Assembly: GCA_963761335.1 (NCBI GenBank)
Contig: CAVXGR010000011.1
Location: forward strand, 512,001-576,000
DNA length: 64,000 nucleotides
Reading direction: 5' to 3'
DNA from: an uncultured delta proteobacterium
GTDB taxonomy: Bacteria; Desulfobacterota; Binatia; HRBIN30; BPIQ01
Below are positions 54,920-64,000 of this stretch, piece by piece. The notes below the pieces were generated by a model, which was given only the letters and a program-made list of their open reading frames with translations, did not search any database and had not been told where the DNA came from. Each line of letters starts with the position of its first letter. The first letter of the stretch is position 1. Both the position numbers and the translations under genes were made by a program.

Positions 54920-56218
54920 ATGAGCTCGGCGCGACAACGGGACCCGCTTCTCGACCTCTGGCGAGGCATCGCCCTCGTCGACATGGCGTGGGTGCACCTG
55001 GCGCTCTATCCGATCGGCATGCCCGCCGCCTTCGCCACCTGGATGGGGGAGCTGACGCGATTTGCGGCCGGGTCCTTCGTTCTCATATCGGGAATGACGG
55101 TGGCGCTGGTGTTCGGCCCCAAGCTCGCCGGCTCGGCCGCAGAAGCGAGCGCGGCGCGCCATCGCTTGATGCGCCGCGCCGCGATGCTCGCCTGCGTCGA
55201 CCGCATCGCTGCCGTCGCCTACGTGCTCATCGAGCGCTTCCGCGTGATACCGCCGGGGGTGACCCCGACCCACTCGAATCTCTCCGATCTCGCTCTCTTC
55301 GGTGAGCCGGGCGTCACCGGAGGCCTGCTCGTCCTCTACGCCGTGCTGCTGGTAGCGACGCCGCTTCTCGACGCGTCCCGGCGGCGCTTCGGCGGCGGAG
55401 CCGTCCTCGCCGCGAGCCTCGGGCTGTATGGCATCGCCTACGCGTCTGCGCCAGGGCCACACCATGCAGTGTGGCCATTCCCGGTCGCCATGTGGCAGCT
55501 TCTCTTCGTCCTCGGCTATGTCGTATCGCCCGGGCTCGACCGATTGCGCAACCTCGGCGGCGGCGTGGCTCTGTGGTGGAAATGTGTCGTTTCCTGCGCC
55601 TTCGCCGCCGTCTTTCTCGCCCGCAATGGAACATCACTCGGCCTCCCCGTGCCGTCGATGCTGGCCGGCTGGCAGTTCGGCAAAGTGCCGCTGAGCCCGG
55701 GCGAGCTCGCCTGGTACGTGCTCGCCTCGGCCTTCGTGCTGACGTGGTCGGCGTGGGCGTGGGAGGGCGCCGCGTGGACGCGGTCCGGGCTCGCCTGGTT
55801 GTGCCGTCTCGGCCGCAAGAGTCTGCTCGTCTACGTCGCCCACCTCTTCATCCAGATTCCCGTGCTGGAGCTGCTGACGCTCGTCGATCCGTCACCGCTC
55901 TGGCGGGCGACGATGCTTCCTCTCACGGCCGTCATCCTGCTCGGTGTCGCCGCCGCCGGCGAGCAACTGGACGTCGCCCTGGCGCCGCACGCCTCGTCGG
56001 GATCTCCGGGCCGCATCGGCCTTCGCCTACCCACCTCCGGGATCGTCGGCAGCACCGTCGCCTTCGCCGCCCTTCTCGCGGTGGTCACCCTGCACACGTT
56101 CATTCGCCCGACCGGGGTGTGGAACGCCCCGCCCGCCGGCAACGATCGCGACAACCCGCCGATCGTCACCGAAACCATGCGAGGCGTGGAAGACGCCCTG
56201 GTGTCTCCGGGCGGATAG
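54920..56218 (+). CDS. opgC: OpgC-domain membrane protein (putative periplasmic glucan acyltransferase)
   Basis: RDPLLDLWRG, FVLISG, WQLLFVLG, LGRKSLLVYVAH. Confidence 0.75.
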   Translation: MSSARQRDPLLDLWRGIALVDMAWVHLALYPIGMPAAFATWMGELTRFAAGSFVLISGMTVALVFGPKLAGSAAEASAARHRLMRRAAMLACVDRIAAVAYVLIERFRVIPPGVTPTHSNLSDLALFGEPGVTGGLLVLYAVLLVATPLLDASRRRFGGGAVLAASLGLYGIAYASAPGPHHAVWPFPVAMWQLLFVLGYVVSPGLDRLRNLGGGVALWWKCVVSCAFAAVFLARNGTSLGLPVPSMLAGWQFGKVPLSPGELAWYVLASAFVLTWSAWAWEGAAWTRSGLAWLCRLGRKSLLVYVAHLFIQIPVLELLTLVDPSPLWRATMLPLTAVILLGVAAAGEQLDVALAPHASSGSPGRIGLRLPTSGIVGSTVAFAALLAVVTLHTFIRPTGVWNAPPAGNDRDNPPIVTETMRGVEDALVSPGG

Positions 56219-56226
56219 CCTCGGGG

Positions 56227-59200
56227 TCAGGCCTGGGCTTCGACGACGCTGGCACCCGCCAACCGCCGTCCGAGGACGACGCGCACACGATGTGTGGCGC
56301 CGTCGTCGACGAGGACGACGCGCGCGCCGTCGTCCGGAAGTGCCACGCCGTCGAGCTCCGCGTACGCGACTCCACGGCCAATGCCGCCCGGGTTCTCGAC
56401 GCCGATCTCGTAGCGCGCCGAGTGGTAGCGAAAGGCGATCTCGAAGCCGCGCCATGCCCTGGGCACACATGGGTCGATGTGGAGAACCGTACCCTGCAGG
56501 CGAAATCCGAGGATCCATTCGAGCCCGGCGCGATACATCCAGCCGGCAGACCCGGTGTACCAGGTCCAGCCGCCGCGTCCGACGTGCGGCGGCCGCGAAT
56601 AGAGATCCGCCGAGACGACGTATGGCTCCACCTTGTAGCGATGGCTGGCAGCCCGGGTGTTGGCGTGATTGATCGGGTTCAGCAACGAGAACAGCTCGCC
56701 CGCTCTGTCACCATCGCCGAGCATCGCGAAGGCGATGACGGCCCAGGCGGCCGCATGAGTGTACTGGCCGCCGTTCTCGCGAATGCCGGGCGGGTATCCC
56801 TTGATGTAGCCGGGATCGAGCACGGTCTCGGAGAACGGCGGCGCGAACAGCAGGACCAGCCCGTCGCCGCGGCGCACCAGATGCTCATCTACCGACGCCA
56901 TGGCGCGCACCGCGCGCCTCGCATCCGCGGCGGCAGAGATCACCGCCCACGACTGGGCGATCGAGTCGATGCGGCACTCGTCGTTCGAAGACGACCCGAG
57001 CACCGTTCCGTCATCGAAGTAGCCCCGCCGGTACCATTTGCCGTCCCACGCCTCTCGTTCGAGTGATTCCCGCAATGCGGCCGCATGCCGTCTCCAGGTC
57101 GAGGCGCGTACCGACTCGCCACGCGCCTTTGCCACAGGAGCGAAGGCCGAGAGCGCCGCGTGCAGAAACCACGCCAGCCAGACACTCTCGCCTCGGCCGA
57201 GCTCGCCGACGCGGTTCATGCCGTCGTTCCAATCCCCCGTCCCGATCAGCGGCAGACCGTGCCCGCCAACGGCAAGACTCCCGTCGAGGCCGCGCGCGCA
57301 GTGCTCGAACAGCGAGGCGCTCTCCTCGGTCAGCATCGGCTGGAAGTACGAATCGTGCTCGCCCGGGCGCAGGGCCGGCCCTTCGAGAAAAGGGACCATC
57401 TCATCGAGCACGGCGCGGTCGCCGGTGACCTGAACGTAGTAGGCAGCGGCGTATGCCAGCCATACCCGGTCGTCGGAGATGCGGGTGCGCACTCCCTGGC
57501 CCGATGGCGGCAGCCACCAGTGCTGCACGTCGCCCTCGACGAACTGCCGCGATGCGGCGCGCAGGAGATGCTGGCGGGTCAGCTCCGGCTTCGATACCGC
57601 GAGTGCCATCACGTCCTGCAGCTGGTCGCGGAAGCCATAGGCGCCACTCGCCTGATAGAACGCCGACCGCGCGAAGACCCGACAGGCGAGGGTCTGATAG
57701 AGCAGCCAGCGATTGAGGAGGATGTCCATGGAGCGATCGGGAGTCTTCACCTCCACCACTCCGAGCACGTCATCCCAGTGCTCGGTCACGGCGCGGAGGA
57801 TCTCGTCGAGGTCGGCGCCGCGATAGCGCCTGACCATGGACAGCGCCTCCGGGCGCGAGGCGGCGTCTCCCAGAAAGAAGACGATCTCGACGACGCCGTT
57901 GGGCTCGAGCGTGAGCGGAGCTTGGAGGGCGCCACAGGGATCGAACCCGGCCCCGGTGCGATTGGAGAGCGGGACGCGACCGGCCAGCGCCGCCGGTTGA
58001 GCCAGTGTTCCGTTGCGGCCGAGAAACTCCGTCCGGTCGCCCGTCCAGGCGAGCTGTCTCCCTGCCAGATCGGCAAAGGCGACGCGGCCACCGAAGCCAT
58101 TGCTCCAGGGGTTGCGCGCCAGCATCACGCTGCTCTCCGCGTCGACCTCCGTGACCACGGACTGCGCCGAGACGTCGCGAGAGGTGCCGAGCACCCACTC
58201 CACATACGCGGTCACCGAGAGTCGGCGGGATTGGCGCGAGTCATTGCGAACCTTCAGCCGGGAGATCTTGATCGAATCGTCGACGGGTACGTACTGCAGC
58301 AGCTCGAGGCCGATGCCGTGCGCGGTGTGCTCGAAACGGCTGTACCCCTGTCCGTGCCGGACGAGATATGAGCCGCCCTGGTCGCGGGTGGGGAGCGCGG
58401 TTGGGCACCAGAGCACGCCGCTGTCTTCGTCGCGCACATAGATCGCCTCACCCGGTCGATCGCTCACGGGATCGTTCGACCACGGGGTCAGCTGATGCTC
58501 GCGACTGTTGGCCGACCAGGTGTACCCCCCGCCCTCGACCGACACCTGGAAGCCGAACGACGGGTTGGCAATGATGTTGATCCACGGCGCCGGTGTCCAC
58601 TGCCCTTCACCGAGGACGGTCACATACTCGCGGCCGCCGCCGGCAAAGCCGCCGATGCCGTTGAAGAACTCCATCGGCGGCGGAGCCGTCTCGGCCGCTT
58701 CCCCGGATTTTCCTCTGACGCCCTGCTTGAGGAGCAGCGGCCGAGACACGCGCGGCGCCGGCGGTGCGGGAGCCGCCCACAGAGCCGCCGGCTCTTCTTC
58801 CAGACGTTTGACCTGCTCCGACAGGCTGCCGCGGCGGCTGAGAAGCACCGCACGCGCCGCGGTTTGCAGGAGAGTGCGAACCTCCACTGATATCTGGTCG
58901 GCGCGCAACACGAAGACGTTGCCCCGTACCACCTCTCCCTCGCCAGCGGAACGCGACTGACTCGTCCGCACCAGCGCTTCCACGGCACCGTGCAGGTCCT
59001 GAGCATACGACGCCGGCCTTTCGTTGAGGATGACCAGGTCCACCGCCAACTGCTTCATCCGCCAGTACTGGTGCGCGCGCAGGAGCTGTCGCACGATCTC
59101 CAGATCCTGGGCTTCGTCGATGCGAACCAGAACGATCGGCAGGTCGCCCGAGATCGCATGGACCCACAGGGTCGACGAGCTGCGCTCATTTCGTTTGAGG

Positions 59201-62200
59201 ACGGCCGACGACGGACGAAGCGCCGGGTTACAGTAGATCACGTGGTTGGCAAGGCGCTGGAAGAGATAGGCCTCCTCCGGCGCGCAACCGAGGTGGCGGA
59301 GCTGAACCTGAGCCTGCGTCCACGCCAGAGTGAGCGCGCGGTCAAACGCCGTGGCATCGCGATGCTTGTCCGCCAGGTCGAGGGCTTCGCTGCGGGATGG
59401 CGCGATCAGCGTCCAGAAGGCCACGCGCGCCGTGGCGCCGGGTGGGATCCGCACGCGGCAGCGCAAGCTGAAGATCGGATCGAGCACGGTGCCCACGGTG
59501 TTGGAGAGAGGTTGGCCCTCCAGCATCGAGATCGCCGTGCGAATCTCGCGCCCACGCCCGAGGAAGCGCGCCCGATCGGTCTCGAACTGGACGTCGCCGA
59601 TCGTCTCGCCTTGCACCACGGCGAGGTGGGCCGCCCACACCTCGGCTTCGCCGGGGGAGCGGCGACGACGCGTCGCCAGCAATACGCCGATGTTGTCCAC
59701 GAATTCCGTGTGCACAAAGAGCTTGGAGAACACCGGATGCGCGGCATCCGCTGCCGCCGGCGCCAGCACGACCTCCGCGTATGAGGTCAGCTCGATCTCG
59801 CGGGACCGGCTCCCGAGGTTGGATACCGACACGTGACGCACCTCGGCATCCTCCTCGGCAGACACCGCCACCTTGAGCGTCGTCATGATCGTCCCGTCAC
59901 GGCGCATGATCTCGGCCCGACCCTCGGCGAACTCCACCTCGTAGCTGTCCGGCTCGACGCCGCTCGGTTGGTACCCGGCGGACCAGACTTGGCCATTGCC
60001 GAGGTCGCGCAGGAAGACGTAGGCACCCCAGCAATCGCAGGTCACGTCCTCCCGCCAACGGGTCACCGCGAGGTCTCGCCAGCGACTGTATCCCGAGCCG
60101 GCCGCGGTCAGCATGACGGCATAGCGACCATTCGACAGAAGGTGCGTGCGGGGAACAAGACTGTGCGGAGAATGAAAGCGACGCAGCAGCGGTGGAACGA
60201 TCTCGCGAACGTTGGCGGCCCCGTTCACTTCCTCGGCTCGCGGGCGGGCAACCGCGACGTCGCGTGGAGTGCGCTCCTGCAGCAAGAGCTCGGTCGCCTG
60301 GACGATCGGCTCGGCGTGAAAGCGGGAGCGCATCTCCCCATCTCGAAGGGCGTTGGCGATCGCGATCACGGACATTCCTTGGTGATGTGCCATGTAGGCG
60401 CGCACCACGGCCACCGCCTCGCCTTCCGGTAGGCGCGTCGGCGTGTAATCGAGAGCCTCGTAGAACCCGTACCGGCCACAGCCGCCGGCGGCCGCCAAAC
60501 GCGAGAAATTCTGCGCCGCCGCCCTCACATCCACCATCGCCGCCAAGGCGGTCGCATAGGGGGCGATGACGGCGTCCTCGCTGAGCCCGCGTTTCAATCC
60601 CAGACCGGGCACTCCAAAGTTCGAGTACTGATAGGTGAGCTGCAGATCGCGCACGTTGTAGGCCGATTCGGAGATACCCCAAGGCACACCGAGCTCGGCG
60701 CCGTAGCGGATCTGACGGCGGACGACGAGACGGCTCGTCTGCTCCAACAGGCTCCCCGCCGGCGCGCGCATCACCAGCCCCGGCATCAGGTACTCGAACA
60801 TGGAGCCCGACCAGGAGATCAACGCCGAGCCGCGGTCGATCGGCGTGAGGGGGCGCCCGAGCCGCGACCAGTGGCGCACCGGCACGTCTCCCTTGGCGAT
60901 GGCCACGAAGCTCGCCAGTCGCGCCTCGGAGGCGAGCAGATCGTAGCAGCTGGGATCGAGACTGCCCTCCGCGGCCGACAGGCCAATCGACAGAAGCTGC
61001 CGCGCCGGGTCGTAGAGACGGCCGAACTCCATGGCGTCAAACATCTCCGCGGCAAGCTCGCGCAGCGCCACCAGGCGTCGATGCAACGCCCGGGCGTTTC
61101 GCGCCGAGCGCCCGAGGGCTTCGACCGCCGCATCGATGCGGGCGCAGGCGCCGCCATCCGCATCGGCCGGTGCGGCGCTCGCGGCTCGGCGGCGCGCCAG
61201 AATCTGGGAGGCCGCATCGCAGCGGTCGGGCAGATCGACGAGCGACGGAAGCGGATCGAAGAGAGGCTCGAGTGGCTCCTCCGGGAGATCTCCCCCGAGG
61301 GCAGAGATCAGGGGCATCCAGGGCAGCAGCTGCTCGAGATCGCGCTCATGGCTTCGAATGCAATTTCGCACGGTCTCCGCCCAGCTCAGCACTTCGCCGC
61401 CGCTGCCGTCGCCGCGCTCCGCAGTGAGAGTTCCGGCGATGTCGACGAGGCTGTCGGCCTGGCGGCCGAGCTCCGCCAGCCGCCCGCCAAGCGACGCCGC
61501 GGTGGCGGGTGCCGGCTCCAGCAGGGCAGCGAGCGCCTCGACGGCCTCTTCCAGCTGCTTTCGCGTCACCGTTTGCGTTCGCCGGTCGTCCGCCAGCGCG
61601 CCCAGGGCTTCGCGGGTCAGCGCCAGCGCATCGTCGATCCCGGCGAGCGGCTGCGAACGGACGACGGGTCCCTCGCTGAATTCCCGGCAGGCGTTGCCGA
61701 GGGCGAGCAGATGTCCGGCGAGATTCCCGCTGTCCACGGAGGACACATATCGCGGCTCCAGCGCCCGCAGATCGCGCGTGTCGTACCAGTTGTAGAAGTG
61801 ACCATGGAGCCGCTCCAGGCGACTCATCGTCGCCATCGTCGCCTGCAGCCGCTCCACGGTGTCGACGATCCCGAGCCAGCCAAAATCGCGGGCGGCGACT
61901 GCCGACAGCAGATACAGCCCGAGGTTCGTGGGCGACGTCCGATAGGCCACCACCGGACTGGGGTCCTCCTGAAAGTTGTCGGGAGGGAGATGGTTGTCCT
62001 CGGCGACCACGAAGGTATCGAAGAATCGCCACGTGCGGCGAGCGATCAGCCTCAGTGCCTGCACATCGGCAGCGGATCGCGGCGTGGGAGCCGCCAGAGG
62101 CGGCGGACGGCTGGCGACCTGCGCGACGATTGGGGACAGCACCCACAGGAGCACGAATGGAGCGGCGATCGGCAGAGCGGCCGGCTCGAGGAAGGCGACG

Positions 62201-64000
62201 ATGCCCCCCGCCGCCAAGGCCAGCACCACACCGCCCGCCATTCGCTGATAGAATCCGCGGACGTCGAGCGGGAGGCTGAACTTTGCCTGAGCGGCGGTGA
62301 CCCACTCCAACATGTGCCGCCGCGTCACCAGGAGACGAACCATGGTTCGCGCGATGGCGTCACTCATCAACCATGCCTGATGGGCGAGCAGCGTGACGAC
62401 GAAGCCGATCTGCCACAGCGCCAAGGCCAGGTCCTCGCCCATGGCGCGCAGATGGCTGCGTTTCGAGAACCCGAGCCGTCGCGGCACGATCCCCGCGAAG
62501 AACGGCAGGAGAGCGGGCAGCGCCAGCATACCGAGCACCGCCGCACTCCACACCGCGGCGGCCCGGGGCAGCAGAGTCCATCCCAGGAGCAACGCCAGCA
62601 GCGTGGCCGGCGCCGCCAGGGTGCGGCGCAGGTTGTCCATCAACTTCCAGCGCCCGACGAACGGAATCGCCCGCCACGCCGAATCGATATGCCCGCCGCG
62701 CCCGCGAGCGAATATCCAGGGAATCAGCTGCCAATCGCCACGCGCCCAACGATGCTGGCGAGCCGCGGCGACGTCGTAGCGCGATGGAAATTCCTCGACG
62801 ACCTCGACGTCGGAGACGAGTGCGGCGCGTGCGAAGATTCCCTCCAGGAGATCGTGACTCAGCACCGCGCTCTCCGGAATCCGCCCCTCGAGCGCCGCCT
62901 CGAAGACGTCCACGTCATAGATCCCCTTGCCCGTGTAGGAGCCCTCTCCGAGGAGATCCTGGTACATGTCGGAGACGGCGAAGGCGTACGGATCCGTGCC
63001 CCCCGGCCCGGAGAACACGCGCTGGAACAGCGAGCCCTCGCGCCCGCTCGGCAAGGTCGGCGTGACCCGCGGTTGCAGGATCGCGTGCCCCTCGATCACC
63101 CGGCGCCGGCGCCTATCGAGCAGCGGCCGGTTGAGGGGGTGCGCCATCTTCCCGACCAGCCGCCTCGCGGCTCCGCGCGGCAGACGCGTGTCGGCATCGA
63201 GGGTGATCACGTAGCGAACGCCCGGGGGCACGGCCGGCGCGCGACCGCCGACGGTCAGAAAGCTCGTCTCTGTGGCGCCGCGCAACAATCGGTTCAGCTC
63301 GTGCAGCTTGCCGCGCTTGCGCTCCCATCCGATCCATTTCCCCTCTGTCTCGTTCCAGACGCGCCGCCGATGGAGCAATAGGAAGCGATCCCCATCCGGC
63401 CCGCGACCGTACTGCCGATTGAGGCGCGCGATGCCGGCCGCGGCGACCGCGAGAAGCTCCTCGTCGCCCGGAGCCTGCTCGGTGCTGGAATCCGTCCAGT
63501 CCGAGAGCAGGGCGAAGTAGAGATCGTCCTCCGGACCGGCGAGGTGATGCACCTCGAGATGCTCGATCTGTTCCTCGATCGCCGTCGCCGTCGTCAGCAG
63601 CGTCGGCACCGCGACCAGGGTACGCAAGGCGGACGGCACTCCGTCGCGCAGCGCCATGCCGGGCAGCACCTTGGGTCCGAACTGATTGGTGACGTGGCGG
63701 TTGACCAGCACCACGGCGGCATCCGAGGCAGGCACCAGAGCCGCAAGGGCAAGCAGGACGAGGGCGAACCCGGCGACCCCCAGATGGGCCAGGATGAGCA
63801 GGGGAAGCGCCAGGATGACGGCAGTGACGGCAGCAACGGTTGCCAGGTAGCCGGGCATGGCGGCCGCAGCGTAGATGCGGGCCACCCAATCTCCGATCGG
63901 GACGCGAAAGCCGATCTGCCGCTCGAAGGCCCGGCGCCCTCTCGAGACGAGGAAATACCCCGGGTCCTGCTCGGGACGGACGGCGCCGCGGCCGCTTCGT
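56227..64000 (-). CDS. ndvB: Cyclic beta-1,2-glucan synthase/phosphorylase (GT84 + GH94), 5' end beyond the window
   Basis: GWERKRGKL, ITLDADT, SHDLLEG, RWARGDWQ, FYQASGAYGFRDQLQD, GDWNDGMN, RENGGQYTH; frame stays open to the window edge (DPGYFLV). Confidence 0.95.
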   Translation of the reverse strand, partial: RSGRGAVRPEQDPGYFLVSRGRRAFERQIGFRVPIGDWVARIYAAAAMPGYLATVAAVTAVILALPLLILAHLGVAGFALVLLALAALVPASDAAVVLVNRHVTNQFGPKVLPGMALRDGVPSALRTLVAVPTLLTTATAIEEQIEHLEVHHLAGPEDDLYFALLSDWTDSSTEQAPGDEELLAVAAAGIARLNRQYGRGPDGDRFLLLHRRRVWNETEGKWIGWERKRGKLHELNRLLRGATETSFLTVGGRAPAVPPGVRYVITLDADTRLPRGAARRLVGKMAHPLNRPLLDRRRRRVIEGHAILQPRVTPTLPSGREGSLFQRVFSGPGGTDPYAFAVSDMYQDLLGEGSYTGKGIYDVDVFEAALEGRIPESAVLSHDLLEGIFARAALVSDVEVVEEFPSRYDVAAARQHRWARGDWQLIPWIFARGRGGHIDSAWRAIPFVGRWKLMDNLRRTLAAPATLLALLLGWTLLPRAAAVWSAAVLGMLALPALLPFFAGIVPRRLGFSKRSHLRAMGEDLALALWQIGFVVTLLAHQAWLMSDAIARTMVRLLVTRRHMLEWVTAAQAKFSLPLDVRGFYQRMAGGVVLALAAGGIVAFLEPAALPIAAPFVLLWVLSPIVAQVASRPPPLAAPTPRSAADVQALRLIARRTWRFFDTFVVAEDNHLPPDNFQEDPSPVVAYRTSPTNLGLYLLSAVAARDFGWLGIVDTVERLQATMATMSRLERLHGHFYNWYDTRDLRALEPRYVSSVDSGNLAGHLLALGNACREFSEGPVVRSQPLAGIDDALALTREALGALADDRRTQTVTRKQLEEAVEALAALLEPAPATAASLGGRLAELGRQADSLVDIAGTLTAERGDGSGGEVLSWAETVRNCIRSHERDLEQLLPWMPLISALGGDLPEEPLEPLFDPLPSLVDLPDRCDAASQILARRRAASAAPADADGGACARIDAAVEALGRSARNARALHRRLVALRELAAEMFDAMEFGRLYDPARQLLSIGLSAAEGSLDPSCYDLLASEARLASFVAIAKGDVPVRHWSRLGRPLTPIDRGSALISWSGSMFEYLMPGLVMRAPAGSLLEQTSRLVVRRQIRYGAELGVPWGISESAYNVRDLQLTYQYSNFGVPGLGLKRGLSEDAVIAPYATALAAMVDVRAAAQNFSRLAAAGGCGRYGFYEALDYTPTRLPEGEAVAVVRAYMAHHQGMSVIAIANALRDGEMRSRFHAEPIVQATELLLQERTPRDVAVARPRAEEVNGAANVREIVPPLLRRFHSPHSLVPRTHLLSNGRYAVMLTAAGSGYSRWRDLAVTRWREDVTCDCWGAYVFLRDLGNGQVWSAGYQPSGVEPDSYEVEFAEGRAEIMRRDGTIMTTLKVAVSAEEDAEVRHVSVSNLGSRSREIELTSYAEVVLAPAAADAAHPVFSKLFVHTEFVDNIGVLLATRRRRSPGEAEVWAAHLAVVQGETIGDVQFETDRARFLGRGREIRTAISMLEGQPLSNTVGTVLDPIFSLRCRVRIPPGATARVAFWTLIAPSRSEALDLADKHRDATAFDRALTLAWTQAQVQLRHLGCAPEEAYLFQRLANHVIYCNPALRPSSAVLKRNERSSSTLWVHAISGDLPIVLVRIDEAQDLEIVRQLLRAHQYWRMKQLAVDLVILNERPASYAQDLHGAVEALVRTSQSRSAGEGEVVRGNVFVLRADQISVEVRTLLQTAARAVLLSRRGSLSEQVKRLEEEPAALWAAPAPPAPRVSRPLLLKQGVRGKSGEAAETAPPPMEFFNGIGGFAGGGREYVTVLGEGQWTPAPWINIIANPSFGFQVSVEGGGYTWSANSREHQLTPWSNDPVSDRPGEAIYVRDEDSGVLWCPTALPTRDQGGSYLVRHGQGYSRFEHTAHGIGLELLQYVPVDDSIKISRLKVRNDSRQSRRLSVTAYVEWVLGTSRDVSAQSVVTEVDAESSVMLARNPWSNGFGGRVAFADLAGRQLAWTGDRTEFLGRNGTLAQPAALAGRVPLSNRTGAGFDPCGALQAPLTLEPNGVVEIVFFLGDAASRPEALSMVRRYRGADLDEILRAVTEHWDDVLGVVEVKTPDRSMDILLNRWLLYQTLACRVFARSAFYQASGAYGFRDQLQDVMALAVSKPELTRQHLLRAASRQFVEGDVQHWWLPPSGQGVRTRISDDRVWLAYAAAYYVQVTGDRAVLDEMVPFLEGPALRPGEHDSYFQPMLTEESASLFEHCARGLDGSLAVGGHGLPLIGTGDWNDGMNRVGELGRGESVWLAWFLHAALSAFAPVAKARGESVRASTWRRHAAALRESLEREAWDGKWYRRGYFDDGTVLGSSSNDECRIDSIAQSWAVISAAADARRAVRAMASVDEHLVRRGDGLVLLFAPPFSETVLDPGYIKGYPPGIRENGGQYTHAAAWAVIAFAMLGDGDRAGELFSLLNPINHANTRAASHRYKVEPYVVSADLYSRPPHVGRGGWTWYTGSAGWMYRAGLEWILGFRLQGTVLHIDPCVPRAWRGFEIAFRYHSARYEIGVENPGGIGRGVAYAELDGVALPDDGARVVLVDDGATHRVRVVLGRRLAGASVVEAQA

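Noticed and set aside
60871..63381. 836-aa plus-strand ORF
   Set aside because: Antisense shadow of ndvB

Overview
A GC-rich bacterial chromosomal window with about 40 mostly intact genes, one tRNA-Ala(CGC) and unusually repeat-dense intergenic DNA. The gene content (Thr-Pro-linked, Cys-rich secreted proteins, WS/DGAT, ACAD) is suggestive of Candidatus Binatia or a similar deltaproteobacterium-like lineage, which is inference only. Main blocks: (1) an ECF sigma/anti-sigma module with two Spy/CpxP-like genes sharing a putative promoter motif; (2) a surface-glycan cluster (epimerase, split transketolase, GT2, DUF4915, atypical sulfotransferase, GT-C); (3) two paralogous Thr-Pro-rich secreted proteins with a shared non-canonical C-terminal signal ([24 protein letters not shown]), an NHL plus 4x F-type lectin protein, and an exosortase H-like gene with its partner; (4) nagA-SIS-antiporter; (5) a divergent HTH regulator/Ig-like lipoprotein pair with a palindrome inside the promoter; (6) a UGA-readthrough thioredoxin-fold selenoprotein with a SECIS-like hairpin; (7) large secreted NHL and NPP1-like proteins; (8) opgC and a 5'-truncated cyclic beta-1,2-glucan synthase. 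At least eight palindromic repeat families (REP/MITE-like) occur. Three tandem arrays (9x132 bp, 11x72 bp, 3x~115 bp) and several nested elements are built from them. No CRISPR array or transposase was found. All family assignments come from motif recognition, not database searches.
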